Below, piece after piece: positions 49,934 to 60,386 of a stretch of 64,000 nucleotides of DNA (positions are counted from its first letter, which is position 1; each line of letters starts with the position of its first letter). The translations under genes and the position numbers were made by a program. Source of the stretch: a virus (lineage: Duplodnaviria; Caudoviricetes). A model generated the notes under the pieces. The model searched no databases and was not told the origin of the DNA. It saw only the letters and a program-made list of their open reading frames with translations. The stretch lies in the IMG/VR virus record IMGVR_UViG_3300020577_012390, positions 21,396 to 85,395 of that record. One strand, 5' to 3'.

Positions 49934-52329
49934 CCATCATGGCGCGTCGAAGCCCGGGTACCGATGTCACGGAAGTTCGCAAGGGTCCCATCACCGCTAT
50001 CGCCATCGCGACGGCGATTGGCGGGTTCCTCGGCCTCTTCGAGAAAGGGGAATTGAACAAGCCAATTCTCGTCACCAGCCCCTCCGACGCGAAGGAGGTC
50101 GTGGGGGACTCGCCGCCGGATACGGACAAGTTCACCCAGAACGCCCTGATCGACTTCTTCACCCACGGCGGGCAGAGCGCGTACCTGGTCCGGGTCCTCG
50201 GGTCGGGGTACGCGAGCGCGTCCAGGATGCTCCAGACCATCGCCACGGGGTCGTCCTCGGGGTCCCTGTCGTCCAACGTCGGGGCGTTCCCGGTGGCTCT
50301 GGTGAACGGCGAGACCTTCATCGGCAAGGTCGACGGGGGCGGGGCGGTGACGGCAACCGTCGTTGCCAACCGGGCGCGGGTCACGGGAGCGGGTGCGACC
50401 TACGCGGCGGTAACCGCCGCCCACGTCCTCAACCTCCTGATCCAGGGTGTCGCCCGCCAAGTGGTTTTTGACGGCACCGAAAACACTCAGGCGAAGTTCC
50501 TGACCGCCATCAACACCCAGCTCGTCGGGGCGACGGCGGTGGACTCCAGCGGCCAGATCCGGATCATCAGCGACCGCGAGGGTTCGTCCTCGTCGGGCTC
50601 GGTGGTCAACACAACCTCCGCGGACGTCCTGACCTCGCTGGGCCTCACGGCGGGCGCGTTCACCCTGGCGGGCGGCTCGAACGTGTCCGACGTCTCGGCG
50701 GTCACCGCGGCCGAACTCCTCGCGATCTTCAACACGTCCTTCGTGGGCTCCACCTCGACGGCGCCGGTCGCGACCCAGCTCACCTGGACGACCAACACCG
50801 TGGGCGCGCTCGGGTCGGTCCAGCTCTCGGGCGGTACCGGCGTGTCGAAAATCGCGGGTTTCGATAACGCTGTCCACGCGGGCGCGGGGACGACCCCTGT
50901 GAACGCCCTCCAGATCACCGCGTCGAGCCCCGGCGCGTGGGGGAACAAGTACCGGGTGAAGTCGCTGCGGTCGGACACCACCGTCGCGAAGGTGGCGGCC
51001 TCCCATGCGACGGGGGAGGTGGTGGATACTCTGGCCCTGAATACCACCTCGAAGGTCAGCGTCGGGGACACGCTCCGGATCACGGATGCCGGCGGGAACA
51101 TCGTCCGCGGGGTGGTCGAGTCCCTTGATGGCAACAACGTCACCTTCGTCGATTCGGTCACGGTGACGGCCTCCGGGTGGACCAGCTCTACCAACGTCGT
51201 GAACGAGACGTTTACCGTTTATGTGTACGACAAAAACGGCAAGCTGGAGCGGACATTCTCGAATCTTCGCACCTCGTCCCTGGCCGGCGCGAATTACGTC
51301 GAGAACGCGATCAACAACGCCTCCAGGACCCCGATCACCGCGACCATCCAGGTGAACGTGGCCCTCGACAAGCGACCGAGCGACGACGCCTCCCCGGCGT
51401 ACCTGTCCGGCGGGTCCGAGGGCGCCGCCCTGGTCGACGCGGACTACATCGGGGCGCTGGGGTCCCCGAAGACGGGTCTCTACGCCTTCGATTACGCGGG
51501 CGACGTGAACATGATTTCGGTGCCTGGAAATACCTCCACCGACGTCGTGAAGGCCCTGGAGACCTACGGCGAGTATCGCCAGGACGTCGTGATGTTCGGG
51601 GAGACCCCGGTGGGCTACGACCGGGACACCGCGAAGACCTGGATCGAGTCCACGGTCAACGCCGCCTCGTCGTTCTCCTCCTTCTGGTTCCCGTGGGTGA
51701 AGCGCCGGGACCCGGTCACCCTGGGCCTGAAGAAGTACCCCAACAGCGGGATCATCCAGGGTATCGTTGCTCGCACCCACAAAAACCGTGGGTTCGGGAA
51801 GGCGCCCGCCGGGATCGTCGATGGTCTGGTCCTCGGGGTGCTGGACCTGGAATTCAACATCGACGACAACGATTACGAGGTGCTGTACCCCGCGAAGATC
51901 AACGCCATCCGGAACTTCCCGGGCGAGGGGATCTGCGCGTTCGGCAACACCACGAGCGATGCGACGGGCGAATTTGGGAGCCTGAACAAGCGCATCATCT
52001 TCAACATCGTGAAGCGCGAGATCAAGAAGCGGACCCGCTGGGTGAACTTCGAGCCCAACACGAAGAAGACCCGCGACCGGGTGGTCCGCACCATCAAGGC
52101 GTACCTGCGCAGCCTCAAGGACAACGGCGGCTCCGGTCCTGGGGTCCTGGTGGGCGAGAACGACGACGACGCCTTCTTCATCCAGTGCGACGACAACAAC
52201 AACACCCCGCTGGTGGTCTCCCAGAAGAAACTGGTGTGCCGGATCGGTCTCGCGACCCAGACCGCCGCCGAGTTCCAGGAGTACACCCTCGAAGAAGACA
52301 CCCGCGCCATCGACGCTTCGCTGGCGTTA
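49930..52329 (+). CDS. contractile tail sheath; ends at TTA (canonical TAA ends 52338)
   Basis: SPGTDVTEV, FF.HGG..AYLVRV, SPGAWGN, WFPWV..DP, G..ARTH..RGF.KAPAG, INAIR.FPG.G, W..FEPN. Confidence 0.93.
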
Positions 52330-52363
52330 GATCCCTAACGGAATAGAGCAGGAGAAAAACCAC

Positions 52364-52843
52364 ATGGCGCGTGCATCAGTCGAAGATCCGCTGAAGGTCT
52401 TCCGGTTCCGGGTCCTCATCGACAACGTCGCGAGGGCCGGCTTCTCGGAAGTCAACGGTCTGAAAAAGCAGACCGAGAAGTCCGAATACCGCGAAGGCGG
52501 CATGAACGAGACCAAGCAGAAGAGCGCGGGTCTCACCACCTACCCCGACGTCACCCTGGTCCGTGGCCAGATCCTCGGGTCCACCCGCGGCGGCGACACC
52601 GACCTGATCGATTGGGCCAAGGAGGTCCACCAGGTTGCGGTCCAAGGCAACGCGGCGAACTACCGGCGCGAGGTCACCATCGAGCAGTACACCTCGGTCA
52701 ACACCAGGGCTTGCTACTGGACCCTGACCGAGTGCTGGGTGTGCGAGAGCGTCCCCATGTCGGATCTCAAGGCCGTGAGTTCCGATAACTCTTACGAGAC
52801 CGTCACCCTCTGCCACGAGGGTTACGACTTCGTCCAGGGCTGA
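52364..52843 (+). CDS. tail tube protein (T4 gp19-like)
   Basis: DPL..FRFRV.ID..GFSEV.GL..EYREGG..L.RG. Confidence 0.9.
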   Translation: MARASVEDPLKVFRFRVLIDNVARAGFSEVNGLKKQTEKSEYREGGMNETKQKSAGLTTYPDVTLVRGQILGSTRGGDTDLIDWAKEVHQVAVQGNAANYRREVTIEQYTSVNTRACYWTLTECWVCESVPMSDLKAVSSDNSYETVTLCHEGYDFVQG

Positions 52844-52903
52844 GCTAGAATAACCACGGGGTCCAACAGGCCCCGGACAACGATTTAGAAAAGGACAAAA
52901 ACG

Positions 52904-53743
52904 ATGTCAACCGCAACGATCCTCCTCCCGAACGCCATCAAAACCCCCGGCGGGGTCTGGACCCGCAGGGTGGTCCTCGAAGAGATGACCGGCCGGGAGG
53001 AGGATATCCTCCAGGACCAGACCATCGCGCCGGGCGGGAAAGGGAAGCTCCTGAAGACCCCCGGGCAGCGGATCACCGAGATCCTGTCCCGCTGCACCGC
53101 GACGATGGGCGACGAGGGGGTGGAGGAGAGCCGCCCGGAGGGGAAGAACCGGAAGACCGACCCGAACTTCTTCGCCTCTTCCTGGCGGCGGGCGTACAAC
53201 AACGACCGGGGTTTCTCGGTTATTCAGCTCCGTCAATTGTCGCTGGGCCCAGTGTTCGAGTTCTCGGATACCTGTCCCCGGTGCAAGAAGGAGATCGTCA
53301 ACATCTCGACCCGTCTCGACGAGCTGGAAGTCAAGATGGCCGATTTCAAGACGATGGCGACCGAGGAGGTGATGGAGGTCCGCACGCCGTCCGGTCTGAC
53401 GGTGGGGTGGCGACCCTTCACCGGCATGGAGGAGGACAAGGTCGACGAGATCAAGGAGCAGCACAAGACCGATCTCCCTTCGGCGCTGCTCCGTATCCGT
53501 CTCCGGTCCATCGACGGGAACGCCGTCACCGCGGACAGCGTCAAGGACATGACTGCCGGCGACCGGCGGTTCCTCCAAGGCCACTTCGAGGCGGTGGAAG
53601 GCGGGATCGACACGAAGCTGGAGATCACCTGCGACAACATCGATTGCTCGCACAAGTTCTCGAAGAAGATGAATGTCGGGCACCCAAATTTTTTCTTCCC
53701 CTCGGTTCGCCCTTCGGAATCGAGGGAGACATCGGATGGCTAG
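52904..53743 (+). CDS. tail assembly chaperone
   Basis: Between tube and TMP; EEMTGREED, GDRRFL..GGID..C..C..NFF. Confidence 0.7.
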   Translation: MSTATILLPNAIKTPGGVWTRRVVLEEMTGREEDILQDQTIAPGGKGKLLKTPGQRITEILSRCTATMGDEGVEESRPEGKNRKTDPNFFASSWRRAYNNDRGFSVIQLRQLSLGPVFEFSDTCPRCKKEIVNISTRLDELEVKMADFKTMATEEVMEVRTPSGLTVGWRPFTGMEEDKVDEIKEQHKTDLPSALLRIRLRSIDGNAVTADSVKDMTAGDRRFLQGHFEAVEGGIDTKLEITCDNIDCSHKFSKKMNVGHPNFFFPSVRPSESRETSDG

Positions 53744-53970
53744 CCGAAGCGTGGAACTGGAGTGCTGATAAAACCCTCGACCTCCCCTGCGGGAGGCGAA
53801 GGCGCCTGGTAAAGTGGAAAGAAATTCACGCCAGAAAAATCCGTGAGAACCAGGACAAGGAGAAGAAAACCTCGGTCATCTGCTTCGACACGGACGATCT
53901 GATAGAGATTTGGGGCGCTCATATCGCGCAGGCACTCTTGACAGAGAAGGACGACGAAGACGATGGCTGA
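53686..53970 (+). CDS. -1 frameshift extension of the tail chaperone
   Basis: A AAT TTT / T TTT TTC heptamers; -1 frame encodes WLAEAWNWS..LDLP..RRRLV. Confidence 0.7.
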   Translation, partial: KFFLPLGSPFGIEGDIGWLAEAWNWSADKTLDLPCGRRRRLVKWKEIHARKIRENQDKEKKTSVICFDTDDLIEIWGAHIAQALLTEKDDEDDG

Positions 53971-56485
53971 CAGCGACAAGTTCTCGATGCTCTTCGAGGT
54001 GGTGGGGGAAGGGGTCGAGACCCTGTCGAGCATCAACTCGGCCATGGACAACATCGCGTCCAAGGCGGGGGCCATCGGGAACGTGTCGATGGATGGGATC
54101 ATCTCTGGCTTCAAGGACATCGCCCACGAGGCGGCGACCTTCCAGGATATCGAGTCCTCGCTCCAGTTTTCCTTCGGCAAGGACAAGTGGAAAGGCGTTT
54201 ATGAGGACGTGAAAAAAGACGCCGCCCAACTCACCTTCACCCTTCAGGAGGTGAGCGAGCTGGCTTCGTCCCTCGGGAAAATGCACATAAACCCCTTCGG
54301 GGGCGAGGACGCGGCGAGCCAGACCTTCCTGGCGAGGACCGGCGAGCGTATCCGGGCGCTCGAAGTCCTCCAGGACACGGCGGACGCGGCAGGGAAGTCC
54401 ACCTCCGACTTGACCATCGCTATCCGGAACGCGATGTCGGGTCAGTGGATTTCGCTGGCTACTCGTTTCGATATTCCGAAGGAGAAAATCAATAGCTGGA
54501 AGAAGGAGATCGACAAGCTCTCCACCTCCCAGGAAAAGTACAACATGCTCGTGAGTAAGCTCGCCCTGGACTACGGCGGCGCGGGCAAGCTCAAGGACAT
54601 GAACTGGAACAAGGTCGCGGCTCAGCTCCCCGACCTGGTCCAGCAGCTCAAGGGCGGGGCGGGCGCGGAGGGCCTGAAGATCCTCACAGCGTCTTTGAAG
54701 GAGTTCATAAACGCTCTGACGGGTATGGCCAAGGACGCGGACTTCCTGAAGGCGCTTTCGGATGCGTTCCTTCTCCTGGCGAAGGGGGCGGCCTTCCTGA
54801 TCGATATCGGGACCCGGCTGGTCCACGTCCTCCGGGGGATCGTGACAGCGTTCCCAGCCCTCCCCCAGGTCCTCCTGGTGGCGGCTGGCCTGTCCATCGT
54901 GACGGCGTCGGTCCTGGCGTTGACCGCGGCTTTCGTGGGTATGGGCGTGGCGTTGTCCACAATTGGACTGCCGGTAATCCTTACCTTCCTGGCGGCGAGC
55001 GTCATCGGCCTGGTGGTGGCGGTCACCTCGATTGCGGCGATCATCATGCTCGCCTCGACGGCGTTCGATATCTGGGGGGACAAGACCAACGGGGTTGCCA
55101 GCACTTTTGAGCGGTTCAAAATCGTTCTTGAAGCTGTGCAGGAGGCGTTGAACAATTGGGCCGGGGAGACCACGGAGATCAGCGAGGAGACGAAGAATCG
55201 CCTGGACGACATCGGCATGGCCGACACGTTCCTGGAGATCATCGGGGCGCTCCAGAGGGTGAAGACGTTCTTCGACGAGTTCGCCACGGGTTTCGCGAAC
55301 GAATGGAAGGTGATCGGGGAGCCGGTGAAGGTCTCGATGCTGGCCCTGGTGGATGCGGTCCGGATGTTGGGGACCGCTCTCGGTATGTCTTTTGGCGGCG
55401 CTAAAACCGATATCAACGGGGCGAAGACCGAGGGACAGGCGTTCGGGGCTGCCATGGCGGACTCCATCGGGTTCGTGGCGGGGGCGCTGACCTGGGTGAT
55501 GGGGATCGTGATCGACCTCATTGCAGACATCGGGGCGGCGGCGAGCACCTTCGCGGACTGGTATTTCTACGTGGCCTATTTCTGGAACACCCTTCAGATG
55601 GTCGGGGACCTGCTGGGGGCGTCCGTGGTCGTCAGCGCGTCCGTGGTGCTCTCGGTGTTCGAGAACATCCTCCAGGCCGTCGAGGGGATCGTGACCATGT
55701 TGAAGGCCGCTGCGGCGGTCATGACGGGCGACTTCGCGGGCGCTGCGAAGGAATGGGAGAAGGGAGGGGCGATCATCGACCGGATGAAGCAGTCCTGGAC
55801 CGAGACCGGCAAGACCTACGACAAGTGGGAGAGCAAATTCGCGGAGGACCGGAAGGACGTCGATAAGGCTTTTGACGTCTCCCAAAAGATCGCCAACTTC
55901 GGGGCGAAGGTCGACGGGAACATGGCTGCGGCGAAGGCGAGGAACGAGGAGTACGCCCGGTCGAAGGTCTCTTCCCAGGGGATCTCGTTTGCCGAGATGA
56001 CCCCCGAGGAAATTCAAGAGCTGGATAAGCGGTCAAAGTACGACACCCAACTGGCCCAACCGAACATGAGCGTGGACCGTCTGGGGGATGCCGGCTACGA
56101 GAGCTACCTCAAGCGTCAGATGGACATGGAGGCGTTGTCGCAGCAGAATTCAAAGTATGATTATAACTACGACCCGTACTTGCAGGACCGGAACCAGAGC
56201 ACGGACTACTACCAGAAGGAGGCGTATTCCAGCCTCATGAGCGGTCGCGGTCCCCAGATGAGCCAGCCTCTCCCGGTCTCCAAGGCGCCTCTCACCCCCG
56301 AGAAGTCCTCCGCGGAAGACCGCAAGGTGAGCGAAGAGGGACCCCAGATGAGTTCCGTTGTGCAGCCCCCGATTCAATTCCAGAGTAAGGTTGTTCTGGA
56401 GCTGGATAAACGGATCATCGCAGAGTCGGTCGAAGAGTATCTGGAAGAAGAGAAGCGTCGGACAGGCACCGGGGCCCCCTACTTA
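53963..56485 (+). CDS. tape measure protein; ends at TTA
   Basis: Long helical protein with hydrophobic core region after the chaperone. Confidence 0.85.
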
Positions 56486-56497
56486 GAGGAATTCAAA

Positions 56498-57016
56498 ATG
56501 CCAAAACCCACCCCACTTCGCGGCAGGTTCACCATCGTCGAGCGCGGCACCACGAAGGTCTTCATGTTCAACCCCGCCGAGGTAGGCGACGAGAAGGGGG
56601 TGAATTGGGGCGAGGGTGACGTGCCCGGAGCGAGTGCGCCCGTGGTCCAATTCGGGTCAGGGAAGGCGCGGATCATCTCCTTTGAGCTGTTCCTGGACGG
56701 GGACCGGGGGCAGGTTGGGAGGGGCGGCAACTCCCTGGATATCAGCGAGGAGATAAACTTTTACCGCAGCCTCGAATACCCCTCGGCGTACGGGAAGGGT
56801 CCCGCGTCGGTGGCGCCCTGGATCGTCCTCTTCACGATGGGACCCCTGTACCAGCAGCTCCCTTGTCTCATCGTAAAAGCATCCCCGAAAATCATTTACT
56901 GGACCCCAAAGATGGAGCCGGTCCGGGCGACCATTTCGATCTCTCTTCGGGAGGAGCTGTCCAGGTCCCAAACCTCACTTGACGTCTTCCCGCAGCCCGG
57001 GTTCGGTACGATTTTA
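56498..57016 (+). CDS. CIS-tube-like baseplate/tube initiator; ends at TTA
   Basis: FMFNP.E..KG.NW, VQFGSG..R.ISFELFLD, LFT.G; own GAGG RBS. Confidence 0.75.
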
Positions 57017-57336
57017 TGGCCCAGAATAACGTTGTTCGAGCCCCGGTCACGGTCATCGTCCCCCTGAACGCGCTGGGGAGGACTTCGGCCCCCGCGTACC
57101 TGGACCTCCGAGTCCCCTTCTCGGTGGCCGGCGAGGACGACCGTTTCGCGGACGTGAAGCTGAGCGACTCCTGGGGGTCCTTGGCTTTCAAGTACCTGGG
57201 GGACGCGCGGGCGTGGTGGGTGATTGCCGACCTGAGCGAGGTGATCGACCCATTCGACGAATTCATCCCGGGAAAAACGCTTCGGATTCCCTCGGTGAAT
57301 CGGTTCTACTTTGACCTGCTCGATGGAGAGGTTTTA
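57016..57336 (+). CDS. tail X / LysM-like baseplate protein; ends at TTA
   Basis: DSWGSLAFKYLGDARAWWVIAD..G..LRIPS. Confidence 0.75.
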
Positions 57337-58568
57337 TGGCGCGTCCAATTTCGAGCTACAGGGAGACGGTGTCACCCCGCGTCTTCCTGGAAGCGGACGG
57401 GGAATTCGCGCAGGACCTCCTCGACGACATGCAGAAGTTCGAGTTCTCGGACGACGAGAAGAAGCCGAACGAGGTCACCCTCACGATCAACAACCCTGGC
57501 TTCAAGTACACGGACGACAAACGCTTCCTGGAGGGGGTGCGGTTCAAGGTCCGGTGGGGGTTTGCCGGGGACTTTTCGGGGATTTTCGCGGTCTCAATAT
57601 CGAAAGCCGCCCCTGACTTCCCCAAGTCTGGTTCGATGCCCACCATCATCATGAAGGCGTGGGACATTCGGGCGGACATGGGCAGGATTTCCAACCCGAC
57701 CAACCACGGCTCCGTACCGTCAAGTCGGGTGGCGAAAAACATCGCCAAACGGTACAACATGGACGAGGACATCGAGGAGTCCAACGATGCCAGGACGAAG
57801 ATGCGTGTCCAGCCGGCCGGGACTAACGACATTCAGTACCTCATGTCGCTCGCCTCGAAGTTGAATTGGGACTGCTATATCGAAGGTAAGACCCTTCACT
57901 TCCACAAGAAGCGCCTGGAGCGCGACCCGGTCCTGACCTTCCGCTACTTCGACGACGCGGTCGGGACGGTGATGGAATTCAAGCCGGACGTGAAACTCCA
58001 GAAGCCCAGCGGGGTGAAGAAGGCGGGCTCGAACCCGAAGGACGCGAAGGGGGCGGGGGGTTCCGCGGGCTCGAACCCGGCGGGGGATACGGCGCTGGCG
58101 AAGTGGCGGGTAAACACCAACCAAGCGAAATTCACCGAGCTGATTCGCGGTACGAACGTGCGGAGCCCTGGGGGTTCCTCCAGCACGTCCTCCACCCCAG
58201 AGAACGACAAGAAGGTGGCCAACATCCAGGCGGGGGCGGCGAAGCAGAAGATCGACCTCTCCGCGGTCACGGCCACCCTGAAGGTCATCGGGACTCCACG
58301 GCTTTTGGCGCGTACGAATATCCGTATGGAGGGGGTGGGGAAAGCCTACTCGGGGAACTGGCGGGTCTCCTCGACGAAGCACACCATCACGAAAGACGGC
58401 TACTACGTCGAGGCGAAACTCTCCCGAAACGCCCTGAACAAGGGTAAAACCGCGGCTTCAAAAACGAATGACAAGACCGGGTCGGGGGCGGGGGGAGACG
58501 GCGGCCAGAAGAAAGTGGTAGAAGTCAGCGGTACGAACGCCAGCTTCGGAGGCACGAAGTTCAAATGA
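57336..58568 (+). CDS. baseplate hub (late control D / gp27-like)
   Basis: TNDIQYL..LA..W..YI.G.TLHF; IG.P.L..G.G..YSG.W.V....H. Confidence 0.85.
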   Translation: MARPISSYRETVSPRVFLEADGEFAQDLLDDMQKFEFSDDEKKPNEVTLTINNPGFKYTDDKRFLEGVRFKVRWGFAGDFSGIFAVSISKAAPDFPKSGSMPTIIMKAWDIRADMGRISNPTNHGSVPSSRVAKNIAKRYNMDEDIEESNDARTKMRVQPAGTNDIQYLMSLASKLNWDCYIEGKTLHFHKKRLERDPVLTFRYFDDAVGTVMEFKPDVKLQKPSGVKKAGSNPKDAKGAGGSAGSNPAGDTALAKWRVNTNQAKFTELIRGTNVRSPGGSSSTSSTPENDKKVANIQAGAAKQKIDLSAVTATLKVIGTPRLLARTNIRMEGVGKAYSGNWRVSSTKHTITKDGYYVEAKLSRNALNKGKTAASKTNDKTGSGAGGDGGQKKVVEVSGTNASFGGTKFK

Positions 58569-59176
58569 GCGACGAAGACCTGTTTGCCACAAAATACTTC
58601 GGTAAATTCAAGGGCTATGTACGCGATAACGTGGACCCCGAGGGAAGGGGTCGTTTGCGCGTCTACTGCCCGCAGGTGATGGGGGAGGACAGCGACAACC
58701 CGAACGGGTGGCTGGGCTGGGCGGAAGCGTGTTTTCCTTGGATGGGCGGTCTGAGCACCCTGGACTTCGGCGTCCCCTACACGAAGCAAGAAAACGGCGG
58801 GGAAGACGTCGGGGTGTGGGTCGAGTTCGAGGCCGGGGAGGTCGATCACCCGATATGGGTGGGAACGTTTATCGTGGCCCCCATAAACGACAAGGTGAGG
58901 TCTCTCTTGCCCGCTTCGGAGATCGCGGGGACGACCGGGGGGAGCCTGCTCGACAACCCCCCTACGGGGTCGGCGGTAGCGGATATCAATCCGCCAAAAC
59001 CGATACCGAAGAACAGGGAGGTCCGGTTGCTGGCTAAACCGGGGGTGGACATCGTCATCGGCTCCTCGAAGGGCGGTTTCATCATCATCGGCCCATCGGG
59101 GGTGAACATGGAGGGCATCTTCGTCCGGGCGAATGGGCGGGTCATCGAAGCCAGCCTCCAGGAGATTTCCGGTTTA
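58565..59176 (+). CDS. baseplate spike OB-fold protein (gpV/gp5-like); ends at TTA
   Basis: YFGKFKG.V.DN.DPEGRGRLRV; VWVEFEAG..DHP.W.G. Confidence 0.85.
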
Positions 59177-59991
59177 TGGCCTCTCGAATTGTATGTATCA
59201 ACCCCTGCAAGTCCACGAGCGATAACGTCCTCGACATCACCGTGCCCTTCGGCGGGAAGATGAAGTCGGGTGGTAGCCTCACCCTGAAGGGTGGATGCTC
59301 CGATTGTGAGGCGGTGGGGAACCTCCTCCTCCAGCTCCAACCCCTCTTCGGGGCGTTGGGTATCCCCCTCTGCCTCATCAAGTGCGGCGCGGCGGTCGTG
59401 GGGATGGCGACTGCTCTTGGAGACGTCGTGACGGGTCTCCCGGCGCCGGACGTGACGGCGATCCTGACGGCCATCGAGAAGGTGGTCACGAACTGCTCCT
59501 GCGTCCTCGAACTCGTGGACCCCACGGGGGTCTGCTCCTTCACCCGGATGGTGCGGGACTTCCTGAAACTGGCCATTTCAATTTGCGAGTGCGTCCTCGG
59601 TCTCCTGTCGCATCTTCTGGTCCTGAACCTGAAGGCGACGGCGTTGCAGCTCGGGGTGGACGACAGCGGGAAGCCGTTCGACGTCTCGATCATCGAGAGC
59701 GGGAAGTGCCTGGGGAACTACACGGCGGTCACCCAGAACAACGTGCTCCTGAAGTTCGAGATTCTGAGCGTGATATTCGCTCTGCTCGAAGGGGTATTTA
59801 CCTTCATCGAGGCGGTGGCCGGGCCCCTCCCCGTGAGTTTTGGGGAGATCAAGGACGCCTTCACCTCGTTCACGGATTCAACCTCGGTCCCGAACGTGCT
59901 CCCAGGGGAAGTTATCGGGTATTTGAACACGCTGAAAAACTATCTCCAGGGCGCGTATGACCTGCTCGACCTCCCGGGGTGTACCACATGA
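59176..59991 (+). CDS. Cys-rich hydrophobic baseplate-region protein
   Basis: About 11 Cys and long hydrophobic helices; between spike and gp25. Confidence 0.55.
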   Translation: MASRIVCINPCKSTSDNVLDITVPFGGKMKSGGSLTLKGGCSDCEAVGNLLLQLQPLFGALGIPLCLIKCGAAVVGMATALGDVVTGLPAPDVTAILTAIEKVVTNCSCVLELVDPTGVCSFTRMVRDFLKLAISICECVLGLLSHLLVLNLKATALQLGVDDSGKPFDVSIIESGKCLGNYTAVTQNNVLLKFEILSVIFALLEGVFTFIEAVAGPLPVSFGEIKDAFTSFTDSTSVPNVLPGEVIGYLNTLKNYLQGAYDLLDLPGCTT

Positions 59992-60386
59992 AAAAAGCGC
60001 CATCGATTCTCGGTACCGGGCTCGCTTTCCCTTTCCAGGAGGGCGGGAACGGTCCTGCTGTTGTCAGCGAAGAGGTTCTGGTGAAGGCGAGCATCTCCCA
60101 GATCCTCGGGACCAGGGTGGGGGAGAGGCCGTTTTGCGTGAGGAGCGGACGTCTTTTCGGGGTGCGAATTGCCGATGGTCTCTTCGAGTCCATGGTCACC
60201 GCCAAGGACATCATCCCCTACGAGGTCGCGGAGGCGCTGGCTATCTGGGAGCCCCGGATCTTCGTGAACTCGGTCACCGCGGTCGAGCTGTCCCCTGATG
60301 CGGTAGCCGCGCGAGTCGAGTACAGATTGCGGTCCACCAACAGGGCCGATAACTTCGTGAAACCGTATCGTATCCGGAGGGCATGA
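59988..60386 (+). CDS. baseplate wedge gp25/GpW-like
   Basis: G.GL.FPF; SI.QILGT..GER; AL..WEPRI. Confidence 0.88.
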   Translation: MKKAPSILGTGLAFPFQEGGNGPAVVSEEVLVKASISQILGTRVGERPFCVRSGRLFGVRIADGLFESMVTAKDIIPYEVAEALAIWEPRIFVNSVTAVELSPDAVAARVEYRLRSTNRADNFVKPYRIRRA

